Shown: one piece after another, positions 52,415 to 62,503 of the stretch | Layout of the letters: each line of letters begins with the position of its first letter | Position numbering within the stretch: position 1 is the first letter of the stretch | NCBI GenBank assembly: GCA_964187785.1 | Contig: OZ076418.1 | Span: 3,906,001 to 3,970,000, forward strand | From: Amphiscolops sp. MND2022 | Taxonomy: Eukaryota | Reading direction: 5' to 3' | DNA: 64,000 nt | Notes under the pieces: generated by a model | What the model saw: only the letters and a program-made list of their open reading frames with translations | Told to the model about the DNA's origin: nothing | Databases searched by the model: none | Made by a program: the position numbers and the translations under genes

Positions 52415-54011
52415 ACGTTCTTAAACTTGCCTCTTTTAAAACTTCCGCAAACTTTTCTTTTATTTGTATTCACTATTCTAAAATAGTACTGGAATTTGTG
52501 TTAGTTATTCTGATTCATCTTTGGCTAATGTAGTCTGGCTATTTTCCTCGATGCAGTATGGTTGAGTTGTGTTTTAGTTACATGATATGCTGATTGATGA
52601 TTTGTTATCCGATTTTCAAACATTACATTTAGCTGGTTAGTAGACTAGTTTTACATGGTTTTTCATGTGAATTTACATGGTTGACTGTGTTATCAAATCT
52701 TTTTTGCCTTTTTTGCACGTAAACTCAGTTGGCTGGTCTCAAAATGTTGGAGCGATAGGCTCAGCTTTGCAAGTCGTTCAAGTTCTAGTAGAGTAGTCGC
52801 CGAGGTAACTACCATTGAAAAGCTCTCACTCACCAAGTGCCATCCTCGTGTCAGCGTTATTCATGATAATGGCCTACATATGACAGAGGTGGAAGCTTGG
52901 TGGGTGGGTGGAGTCGCTCAACTCCTACAGATGATTTGAACATTTTAAGTGGCTGCTTTTATACTACTCTAGCCGGTTGTTTGACAGGTGTTTACTACCT
53001 TAAGTGTCGATCTAAGTTGTCAATCAATTTTCATGTAACGTGTTTCTTTATTGAAATAATCGTTAGTTCTGACGCCGTCATCGCTGATGTGTGTCATGAG
53101 ACGTCATCACTCGTGACGTGTGTCAAATGTTTACGTCAATTCAATGGGAAATGGGTCGCCCCATGTCCATTGCGCTTTTTGGCAAGCGATGGATGTTACC
53201 ATCCCTTGCATTAATTTTGATCATGTGGTGAACGTAACTACATGTGTTTAATTACCTTGTCCTTTCTGCCGCGCGAGAGGCGAAGCCTACGAACCACCAG
53301 TAAGAATGAAAGTGTCATGACCTGAATTCGATGTAGAGGTGACGACTGCATTTAACTGTCCTAGGAAAAGTTTTACATGTTGTTCATTGGATTGGGAAGG
53401 TTATTTGCCGTCGCAAAAACCCATACAAAACTAACACCGAATCCACTTGCTAAAGAGCAAGCTTCATCTGAATGTTTGTACAACCACACAGACGCGCATT
53501 TGACGACGCACCCACACAGCCGAACCACATCATGATTTATTCGGCGGAAGTGCGGGACTAGATTTCAGCGGCGTAACTTAACTAAGGCAGCTATCTCTTT
53601 TGCGTGTTCGGTTGTGTGCTATTACTTTTGCTAAAATGGTTTATTCCTGTTGTCATAAGGTTGGTAAGTACAGAATTGCGAAGCAATTCCTTTGAAAGCG
53701 TGTGGTTGGGATTTTCTTTGAATTGCATAATTTATTAGCTCGTGTGCATGTGTATTACATGTACTTGATAATTTCCGGTTAATGTGATGTGGTGTGTATG
53801 ACTGCATTGCATGTATTTACTTTCGCGCTCAGCTGTCTCGGTAGAGAGTAACAATATACTCTGCCGGGAAATTCAAGTGTGTCGGACAGTGAGTATCAGT
53901 CGTCACTGAATGGCATGAAGTAAATAGAATAATTCAACAGAATGATTGGTAGATGTGGTGATGTTGACTACATCCAATTAAATGTGAAATTGAAATTTTT
54001 GAAGAATTTAA

Positions 54012-56189
54012 CTAAAAACTTGTTGATTTGCGTTGCATGAATTTTACTAGTGCTGGTTTTGTATGTAGTTCATGAACGAGGAAGTCATTGTATGTTTTCG
54101 GCACTGGTGCTTTTCTAAGGCTATATCTAGTAATGTTGTTTCGTGTGATTGGTTCGGGCGTTTCAGGTGAGGATGTGGTTGGTTCCACCTCATCAGTAAT
54201 CGGTAAATCTAATTCTTCAGGCGGACTTTCAGATTCTGGTCGGTCAGTGTTATTTGTGTGAATGGTATCCCGTAATGGCTCAGGTAGAGGTGGAACCTCA
54301 TGCATTCGTTCGCGTTCGTAATAGATTGTCCCATGTTCTATGTTAATCTCTTCAGGTTCATTAACGTCTAATTCAGGTGTAATTTCAGCCGGAGTCAGTA
54401 TGTCGGGTGCAGGTAAATTTTCATTGAAAATGGTTCGATCGTCAGTTGCGTCTGGATCACTGTAATGCTTTTTCGCGTCATCATCTATGTCATCGATAGG
54501 GTCGTGTGGTACGAATGGGCGAAGCCGCATTCTATGTACACACTGTGTTCGGAATGTGCCGACTTTTCTGATGATGTAGTTTGAATGTGACAAGACTTTG
54601 ACTACTTTGTAGGGACCCTCCCATTTAAAGGAGTTGAAAGGAATTTTGTCGGACTGTGTTGCAATTTTAGGATTCAACAAAAAGGCAAAGTTGTTTACTT
54701 TCAGTGGTGATGCTTCTGCTTTTCGGTCATAGTATGCTTTATACTTGTGAAAGGCTTGGACGATATTGGTATGTGTTTCTTTAAATTTTGAGTTCAAGTT
54801 GTCGACTAACGTCCTTGTGTCAACAGCGTTTCGTGGTGGATTGAGAGGGTTGCTGAATTTCAGATCTAGTGCATTGTGAGGTACTCGGCCATGGAAGACT
54901 TCAGCTGGAGAACATTTTAAAGTCTGATGGTACGTCGTGTTGTGTGCCATTACGGCAAGGTTGACATATCGGTCCCACTGAGGACGGTCCGCAGAGACGT
55001 TTATTTTCAAAATCTGCTTTAAACGCTGGTGCGACCTTTCGACCATCCCAATAGTTTGGGCGTGTTTGATTGTTGCATGTGAGACCTTGATTCCAGCTTT
55101 GCTCATCAATTCGGTTATGACTTTTGAAGTGAAAGCAGAACCTTTGTCGGTAATGATATGTTTCGGTACATATGCATGCTTTGTGAAAATGTCTAGCAGT
55201 GCATCGACGACGGACTTCGTGTCAGGTTTGCGAATCGGGACAGCAAACAGGTAACGTGAAAAATAGTCACAAGCCGTCAGGATGTGTGAGTACCCATTAG
55301 ATCGCGGTAACTCACCAACGAGATCAATTTCAAGGATGTCTTCAGGACCGTTGCAGGGGTCATAGATCGGTTCAAGTGGAGGTACCAGAGTATTTTGTTT
55401 CACAGGTTTCGCTTTGATACATTCTTGACAATTGTTCACAAACTCTTGAACTTTTTCGGTTAGGTTTGGAATGTAGTAGCGTTTCCTTAGTTCACTTAGC
55501 ATTTTGGAAGCACCAGGGTGTCCCTGCATGGGATCGCCATGCATCGTCCTGATTATGGCTTCCGTAGGTTCTGGAGGAGCTACAATTTGTCGGTAAGCTA
55601 GGTGTCCTACATTGTCAAAAAACTGTCTGTACAAGACGTTGTTAACTACTTCAAGTCTTTTACGGTTCTTGAACAACTTTTGGAAGAAGGTACTTTCAAA
55701 GTTCACGTGGTTTGGAGGAGTCTCTTGGGCAGTAAGGATCCTAATTACACGTTGTACGTCATTACTTTCACCTTGAGCCTTAACAACTTCTGCAACCCCC
55801 GAAGGGCATACCTGATTTACCATGTGGACCTGGTCCCGTCGGTGAAATCGGGTGAAGAGAAGAGTTGGGTCAGAGGGCGTCACAAAGGGTTGTATCTGGG
55901 TCCTGATCCCTTCGACACGTCTGTTGTACTGGTCGTCACTTTCACGATGATGTTGTGGGAACATCATCATCAATGTTTGCGCTATCTTGTCCGATGACGT
56001 GGTGACATCTGGTACATCATGATCGTCAGGGATGTAATCCTCCTCGTCATCGTCTTGTTTGGGCGTCTTGGATGCTAGGTCCTTGAAAGACTGGTATCTC
56101 ATCATGTAGCTTGAGGTGGATCCTGTCTTCTGGGTTGATGTCAATCCTCGACAGGTAATCGGCAGCTGGGTTCTCGACGCCTGGGACAT
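54012..56189 (-). CDS. Integrase of element B (frameshifted from RT-RH)
   Basis: HGDPMQGH..YYIP..CQEC; LEIDLVG, CDYFSR, ITDKGSAF, GMVERSH; WEGPYKV; RYSLRK. Confidence 0.96.
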   Translation of the reverse strand: MSQASRTQLPITCRGLTSTQKTGSTSSYMMRYQSFKDLASKTPKQDDDEEDYIPDDHDVPDVTTSSDKIAQTLMMMFPQHHRESDDQYNRRVEGIRTQIQPFVTPSDPTLLFTRFHRRDQVHMVNQVCPSGVAEVVKAQGESNDVQRVIRILTAQETPPNHVNFESTFFQKLFKNRKRLEVVNNVLYRQFFDNVGHLAYRQIVAPPEPTEAIIRTMHGDPMQGHPGASKMLSELRKRYYIPNLTEKVQEFVNNCQECIKAKPVKQNTLVPPLEPIYDPCNGPEDILEIDLVGELPRSNGYSHILTACDYFSRYLFAVPIRKPDTKSVVDALLDIFTKHAYVPKHIITDKGSAFTSKVITELMSKAGIKVSHATIKHAQTIGMVERSHQRLKQILKINVSADRPQWDRYVNLAVMAHNTTYHQTLKCSPAEVFHGRVPHNALDLKFSNPLNPPRNAVDTRTLVDNLNSKFKETHTNIVQAFHKYKAYYDRKAEASPLKVNNFAFLLNPKIATQSDKIPFNSFKWEGPYKVVKVLSHSNYIIRKVGTFRTQCVHRMRLRPFVPHDPIDDIDDDAKKHYSDPDATDDRTIFNENLPAPDILTPAEITPELDVNEPEEINIEHGTIYYERERMHEVPPLPEPLRDTIHTNNTDRPESESPPEELDLPITDEVEPTTSSPETPEPITRNNITRYSLRKAPVPKTYNDFLVHELHTKPALVKFMQRKSTSF

Positions 56190-58251
56190 GGGCTAGGACG
56201 AAGTCGAATTGGAGTGCTTGGTCGCAGTAGTTCCACAACTTGGGTGGTATCCGCTTTGACTGGAAGAATCTTGTGAAGGCTTTGTTGTCTGTCATGACAA
56301 TAGTTGGTTTCTTCACGCCCCACAAGATATGAGCAAACTCGTCGAAGGCGAAGTGCATAGCCAGGAACTCTTTTGCATACATCGTGAGTGACATCTGGCC
56401 CTCAGTGAACCTTTGTGAACCAAAGGCTACTGGTGCGTACGACTTCGTCAGACCTTCACTGGTTTCTGTGTAATCTTCTATTAAGAGGACGTAACCAGCT
56501 GCGTGTTCGCTGGCATCACACATGATCACCAGTTGTTTGTCAGGAAGTGGTAACCTCAATGACATCTTAGCAGCGTTTGCCAAATTTTCGTTGATGTCGA
56601 ATATCGCGTCTTTGTGTACTTGTGTGAGTTGAAATTTTACGTCCTTTTGCAACAACTTGTACAGGGGCACTAACTTCTCGGCTAGTCTCGGTATGTGTTG
56701 CCGGTAGATTTGTACAAATCCAATGTATCGCTGAAGTGATTTCACTGACGTCGGCAGTTTAATGTTCTTCAGGAAGTCATCGATCTTCTTCTCGATAGGT
56801 CCGATGCCTTTGCTAGTAATGCTTCTACCGAGGAATTCGATCTCGGGATGACCAAAAGCACACTTCGACATCGAAAGTTTGAGACCTGCTTGTCTGACTT
56901 TGGTGAACACTGCCTCTATGTTGTCGACTAACGCTTCCACAGTGCTGGCTGCAATGCCGATGTCGTCGACGTACTGTGCACACTTGTCAGCTTTGACCAG
57001 GGGGTCCAAGTACTCTCGAACAGTACTGTTGAAAGCTGATAGAGATCGATTCAGTCCTTGGGCCAGTCTGAGGAAGGCAAACGTTCTGCTTCCAAAATTG
57101 AATGCAAGCAACTGAATGGATTGCTCATCTGCCATCTGCAAGCAGTGATATGCTTGTGAACAATCCAGTTTGCAGAAGTACCGCTTCCCAGCCATGTGTT
57201 GTGCTGCATCGGCCATTGTCGTCACTGGGTGGTTGTGTTGGTTGTAATCATTTTTTAACAAGTGATTGATCCTCCTAAGGTCCACGAGTATTCTCAGTTT
57301 TCCATTCGGTTTTCGCTGGGCGAAGATGGGTGATGAGTACTTGCTGTACGGCAATGTTGTGATTATTCCGTACTCTTGCATTAACGCCAGCTCAACTAGG
57401 AGGTCGTCTTTCAAGTTCGTCGGTGTAGGCAGACTTTGTGCATAGACTGGCTCGTCATGTTTAGGAGTCAACTTTATCTTGAACTCGGTGTTGATTCCAA
57501 TATCCAGTCTATGTCTGGCGAAGATGTCATGGTACTTGACCAATAGGGCCTCAACTTGCTGTTTTTCGTGCGGGCTCAGTATTGATTGTTCCCACTGGAA
57601 GTTTGCCAGAAATTCATGTCGTTGCTCTTCGCTCGTCGTCGGATCAAGTTTCTCCTGTTCCCTGAGTTTGACGATCTCCTCATAGATGCGTTTCTCAATC
57701 TTGTTTAGTTTTGATGGGTCGTCACACGTCTCAGGGGTATGGTACCATCGCCTGTCTGATTTGGCAGTAGGGTCCTGGAAAATCTGATTCAGGACAGCTT
57801 CAGCTTCGTCTGGGTACTGCGAGATCAGGTTCAGTTGATGGTCGGTCATCGGTTGTAGATTGGTGGCTTGTTTCGGTGTCAAAATCTTGAAGGATGCTAC
57901 AGCCGTGCCCACATTGATCGTCATCTGGTAATCTAGCGGATTGGTGATCTGGACATGTGTCCGGCCCCCCTGGGTTTCGTTGAGAGCTGGCGACACCAGT
58001 AGGTTTGTACGACGTTCAAATGCTGGTAATCCTTCAACTGTCCCAGTGATGTCGCCTAGATCACGTTCAATCACTACCGGAGCGAATACTTGCTGGTTTG
58101 GTTGGAGCACGATCTTCTGGGTGGTCTTCAATTCTAGTAGTTTATTTTTGAATTTGCCATTGACTGATCGCAATTGGAGTGTGATGTCCGGGAATTTGAC
58201 GATGTTGTTTGCGAGGTCTAGAGTGACTGAATATTTTTTAAAGAACGACAT
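56047..58251 (-). CDS. PR-RT spacer, reverse transcriptase and RNase H of element B
   Basis: YSSPIFAQRKPNGKLRILVDLR, KLDCSQAY, RLAQGL, QYVDDIG, MCDASEHAAG, KEFLA, MTDNK, NPAADYLSR. Confidence 0.97.
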   Translation of the reverse strand: MSFFKKYSVTLDLANNIVKFPDITLQLRSVNGKFKNKLLELKTTQKIVLQPNQQVFAPVVIERDLGDITGTVEGLPAFERRTNLLVSPALNETQGGRTHVQITNPLDYQMTINVGTAVASFKILTPKQATNLQPMTDHQLNLISQYPDEAEAVLNQIFQDPTAKSDRRWYHTPETCDDPSKLNKIEKRIYEEIVKLREQEKLDPTTSEEQRHEFLANFQWEQSILSPHEKQQVEALLVKYHDIFARHRLDIGINTEFKIKLTPKHDEPVYAQSLPTPTNLKDDLLVELALMQEYGIITTLPYSKYSSPIFAQRKPNGKLRILVDLRRINHLLKNDYNQHNHPVTTMADAAQHMAGKRYFCKLDCSQAYHCLQMADEQSIQLLAFNFGSRTFAFLRLAQGLNRSLSAFNSTVREYLDPLVKADKCAQYVDDIGIAASTVEALVDNIEAVFTKVRQAGLKLSMSKCAFGHPEIEFLGRSITSKGIGPIEKKIDDFLKNIKLPTSVKSLQRYIGFVQIYRQHIPRLAEKLVPLYKLLQKDVKFQLTQVHKDAIFDINENLANAAKMSLRLPLPDKQLVIMCDASEHAAGYVLLIEDYTETSEGLTKSYAPVAFGSQRFTEGQMSLTMYAKEFLAMHFAFDEFAHILWGVKKPTIVMTDNKAFTRFFQSKRIPPKLWNYCDQALQFDFVLAHVPGVENPAADYLSRIDINPEDRIHLKLHDEIPVFQGPSIQDAQTRR

Positions 58252-58253
58252 TC

Positions 58254-58913
58254 CTATGAGGATGTTCCCTTCGTCGGGAGGACCATGAATGTTTCCTCAA
58301 AGATTTTGCCGCCAATAAAAAATCGTAGGAGGACTTGTTTCCTCACGGGTACAATGTTGCCATTCGCGATTTGTACTTTGAACTCTGGGGCAGGGAGTTC
58401 TTCGAGGAGGGCTGCTGGGTGAGCCGTAAGGATTCGTCGGAGTTCAGCTTCTGAGAGGGCGCTCTGGATGGCGCCAGTGTCGAGAAGGCCAAAATTTTCA
58501 TATGCCCGGAATTGAAGTGGTACATATAACATCCTGTCTTTTTTGTTGAGTTGGAGTGTGGCACTCAACTGACGTATTTCGTACTTTGGTTTTCTTGCTG
58601 GTTTCGGTGGTTTATCTGATGTGGTTGGTGTACCAGCATCTAGTTGGTCGCGGGTTATGTTGTCAGGGGGAAGCTGGTTGAAGCTGTTGACTTCTGGTTT
58701 CTGATTCGTCATTTTCGGTTTAATGGTGTAATTGTCTGTTGAATGTCTGGTGATGACAAAGTTCGTAGTTTGTTTAGTGTAAGTCGTAGGACGGGACTGC
58801 CACCCCGTGTTGTGTCCAGTATGTAGTTGAGTCTGGGTCATAGTTTGTTGTCGTTGATTTAGTAGCGCAGTTTTGTATGTTCGTGGAGGATGACGTGGCT
58901 CTAGAAGTTTTTT
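58254..58913 (-). CDS. Pol N-terminus with aspartic protease of element B
   Basis: LLDTGAIQSAL; frame is open from the slippery site at the end of gag. Confidence 0.92.
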   Translation of the reverse strand, partial: KKLLEPRHPPRTYKTALLNQRQQTMTQTQLHTGHNTGWQSRPTTYTKQTTNFVITRHSTDNYTIKPKMTNQKPEVNSFNQLPPDNITRDQLDAGTPTTSDKPPKPARKPKYEIRQLSATLQLNKKDRMLYVPLQFRAYENFGLLDTGAIQSALSEAELRRILTAHPAALLEELPAPEFKVQIANGNIVPVRKQVLLRFFIGGKIFEETFMVLPTKGTSS

Positions 58914-60431
58914 GGGTCTTCTACGTCATCGTGTCTCTCCGTTTCCTCGACATGGTCAGTTTCGTCATTAGTGGCGTGGGACAGTTCGTTCGCGTTGTAG
59001 ACCCTGTTGTTGGTCTGTCTGAAGTCGCGGCGGAACTGTTTGTTTTCCTCGGTCGACTGTTTAGAATACGGGACGCTCCTATAGGCTGACGTCGTCGTAT
59101 TTCTGTAGTAGCACTCTCGGGCTGAGTGTCCCACTTTGCCACATATTTGGCATACCAGCTTCGGGTTGTATTTCGGTTTGACGTCTTGTGTGTTGGTGGG
59201 TTGGGCTGGTTGTTGTTGGTTGTTGGCATTTTTGTTTTGCGCTTCCTCCCTGAGGCGCTTTCGGCATTCGGCCCATTTGTGGCCGGTGATACCACAGGCA
59301 GTAGCGGAGGCATTGTCCGTCAAATTTTCGTTTCGTCTCCCGGTTTTGAGTTGGTTGGGAGTTCGATGACTGCTGTGTTGCCACATTGGGTTGTGGAGCG
59401 CTGATCTGATTGAATGGTTGTGGCGTTGCATTTGGTATGAGCTGAGCATATTGGCATCTTCGTTGGACAAACGTCCGGATTTCCTCCAAAGATGCGTCAT
59501 GTTTTCCGGCCATTGCCAATTCGTTCTGCATCTGCACGGGTAATTTGGCGAACAGGAAGGTTTCTGTTATGTCGCTGGATTTGTCACCAAATGCTTGCTT
59601 TGCGACCTTTTTGAATTTGTTCAAGAAATCATTGAACGTCTCAGCTGTCGGATCGTATCGCATTTGATCGAACTTATACTTCGCCACTTCTTTCAGGTCT
59701 TCCTTCGCGTATTCCTTCTTGAAGTAGCGGAGGACTTGTGCAAGCGTTGTCTGGCTTGTCATCTTTAGCGATTGCCAGAACTCGATGGCGTCATCTCGCA
59801 GTAAACTCTGGAAGTATGTGAGTTTCTGCTCTTCTGATAGCTTGTGTTGGTGCGGTCTGAGATGGTTGAGCAGTAAGTGCTCGAACTCGTTGTACTTCTC
59901 CCGGTTTCCTCGAAAAAGCGGGACTTGTGTGTGCAGTATTTTAGGATGCTGCACTGTGTCTGTCATCGTATCCCTCAAGTGGTGGATTTCACTGTCGATA
60001 TCGTGGAACTGGCTGGCGGGTGGCTGAGGGTGTCTGGAGGTTGATTGCTGAGTCGGGTGTGGATTCGCCAGGAAGTTGGTTGGAGGGGCTCCTCTCACCA
60101 TGTCGGAACGTGGACAGGTCTTATCAGACGCTGCATTTCGATCGTTCCCTTCTCCATGATTGGAGGATAACTTTTCCGTTAAAGCTAAGACTAAACCAGT
60201 AAGTTCGGTAATTTGCCTAATCATACTAGAGAAGCGTTGGTCAATGGACATTTGATCCGAACTTCGATCAGTTTGGATGAGATTGCCATCATCTAGTTCG
60301 TTAATTTGATCTCTCGAGAGGAGGTCGGGAATGCTACATTCGCTTTCTGTATCACTAATGTGATCATCTCTGCTAGCTTTGCTCATGAATACAGGGATAG
60401 AACTTCTAGCTTGAGAACGAGTATTTACCAT
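58901..60431 (-). CDS. Gag of element B (one frameshift near 59300)
   Basis: MVNTRSQ start; VPLFRGNREKYNEFE..LLRDDAIEFW capsid-like region; CGITGHKWAEC and CQICGKVGHSAREC knuckles. Confidence 0.93.
58907..58913 (-). promoter_or_regulatory. -1 ribosomal frameshift slippery heptamer A AAA AAC
   Basis: gag frame CCA AAA AAC TTC TAG; the -1 frame AAA CTT CTA GAG... runs open into the protease ORF. Confidence 0.8.
60089..60100 (-). promoter_or_regulatory. PBS-like site TGGTGAGAGGAG immediately after the LTR 3' end
   Basis: Follows the CA at which the other LTR copies end. No cognate tRNA recognised. Confidence 0.5.
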
Positions 60432-61328
60432 TTTTGAGAAGATAGTTGGAGTTTTAAGATTTTATTGTTTCTGAAGAAAGGTTGATAGTAAGAAGATGAA
60501 ATGGAATTTTTTGAGTGAAATTCTGGAATGTGGTTAGCAACTAGTCGCAATGTACAAAATGCTCTAATGGTAGCACCAATTCACTTCGTGTTAATTATGG
60601 CGATGCTGGTCACGTGACCACATCGGCCAATCATATTGTGACGTTCATTCGCACCTTGGTAGGTAATTGCGCATTTTGCGTCTAAATTTGTTGAAATATG
60701 GAAATGGTGTGTAATTATGTTACTATGGTTACATGACTCAATTTTGGTATGATCGTTACTATGATGATGGTAATATATGCACATCACAGTACTGTAGTAA
60801 TATACTCACTATATATATATATATGCACTATGATGTTAATGATACTACATATGTAGTTAATTGGTTAAGTGACGATACTGATTATACTTTAGAATACTAA
60901 AATGGATGAAGTAAACTTGATGATGGTATATCAACTGCATTGTTGGCTAAATGTTATAAAATCGGTGAAGTGAAATCAGATGAGTAAACTTGATGATGAT
61001 GTATTGACTGCGTCGTTGGTTAAATGTTATGAATTTGGTAAAATGAAATCAGATGAAGGTACACTAACAACATCATTGATTAAATGTTCATGAAAATGAC
61101 TTTACAGATATATGTGGAAAAAGTCTGGTTATTGTTAATAAATGGTTGAGGTTTGTTCAGGACAAAATATTGTAGATGCGTGCATTTGTTTAAGTTTATT
61201 CGGCCAGATGTAGTTCCCTCAACTACATCTTTTCTCAGTTTACTAGTATGATTTCGTCTCATAGTATTTCTTTCCTGGATGTAGTGTACTCAGGTCCATT
61301 CGAAGTATTCATGCGTCAGGCATGACAC
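60101..61328 (-). repeat. 5' LTR of element B, truncated at its outer end
   Basis: Near-identical to 45780-47008; diverges after catgacac at 61328. Confidence 0.88.
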
Positions 61329-61553
61329 GTGGACCTTAGAGTCAAATTGGACAAAAGCACTGAGTTTTAAACCGATTCCTGACCGCAAGCTATAAGGCAG
61401 TCGGATCAAGTACTATGGGCGACACTGATCTATTACGTTGTCTTTTATTTAGACGCTCTGCGCCTGAGGTCTAAACCTTGAATGTGTCGACACAAGCGCG
61501 GCACTACCCTCTGGGTACACGGGGTACTAAATTAGTGCCTTCATGATAAACAG

Positions 61554-61753
61554 NNNNNNNNNNNNNNNNNNNNNNNNNNNNNNNNNNNNNNNNNNNNNNN
61601 NNNNNNNNNNNNNNNNNNNNNNNNNNNNNNNNNNNNNNNNNNNNNNNNNNNNNNNNNNNNNNNNNNNNNNNNNNNNNNNNNNNNNNNNNNNNNNNNNNNN
61701 NNNNNNNNNNNNNNNNNNNNNNNNNNNNNNNNNNNNNNNNNNNNNNNNNNNNN
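61554..61753. other. Assembly gap (N run)
   Basis: Run of N. Confidence 1.
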
Positions 61754-62503
61754 TGAACTGAGACAGAAAAGTTCTTGCATCACCGAATCCACTAAGACAA
61801 GAGAATCCATGTAAGATTGGAACATAGAATGAACGCTTTAGACCGGCGATTAAACGCACTCTTGGACCGCATTAAAATTGCCGTTTAATTATTCGTGATC
61901 CCCAAACAGTAGGGAGGGAACGGAATTACTCAACCTCTACAAACGATCGGTACCCATTGCGACACTTGGCTTTCAAATGCTGAATTTTCTCCCAGCGATC
62001 GAAGACACGTGTAGCGACCGGCTAGCGACGCACATCTAGGCAGAGGGACAATGCCCAGGATGCTTAAACAGGAGACCGTTGTCTTACTACATCCCTAAAC
62101 ATTAGTTTTTGTTCCCAAATGGTCTCCAAGGGGACTTTTCTTTCGTCACAGGAGGCTCCTCTAGTTAGAGCTCCGAGGCGACGTGCCGGCACTCTCAAAG
62201 TCCGGACACGCCCCACAAGCCTGTAAAAACGAATCCTAAAGTTTCTAGCGATTGTATGCGATTCCTACATACTTCTCAGGTCCAAAAAGAGTATTTAACT
62301 GAAATACATTATATTACGGAAACAAGAGTTAAAATGAAGACCTAGTAGCCGCTGGCTGTGCGACGGTTTTTACCAAAAAGTTTTAATACTGCCTACTGAT
62401 TCGGCGGTATTCTTTATGAACAAGAGTTTGGCGAGGGGGGTATATTCCTCTTGTCTCGTTATTTACTTTCAAGCGGAGCAGCACGAATTGGGGTTTGGCG
62501 TAG

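Larger units (their letters stand above)
45780..61328 (-). mobile_element. Gypsy LTR retrotransposon 'B', ~15.5 kb, young but frameshifted, with antisense cargo gene; 5' LTR truncated at 61328
   Basis: Near-identical direct repeats at 45780.. and 60101.. enclose gag-pol (minus strand) and a plus-strand spliced gene. Confidence 0.9.

Noticed and set aside
60568-60580. TGGTGCTACC as the true PBS with the LTR ending at 60581
   Set aside because: All repeat copies extend 480 bp beyond it to a shared CA boundary; kept only as an alternative.
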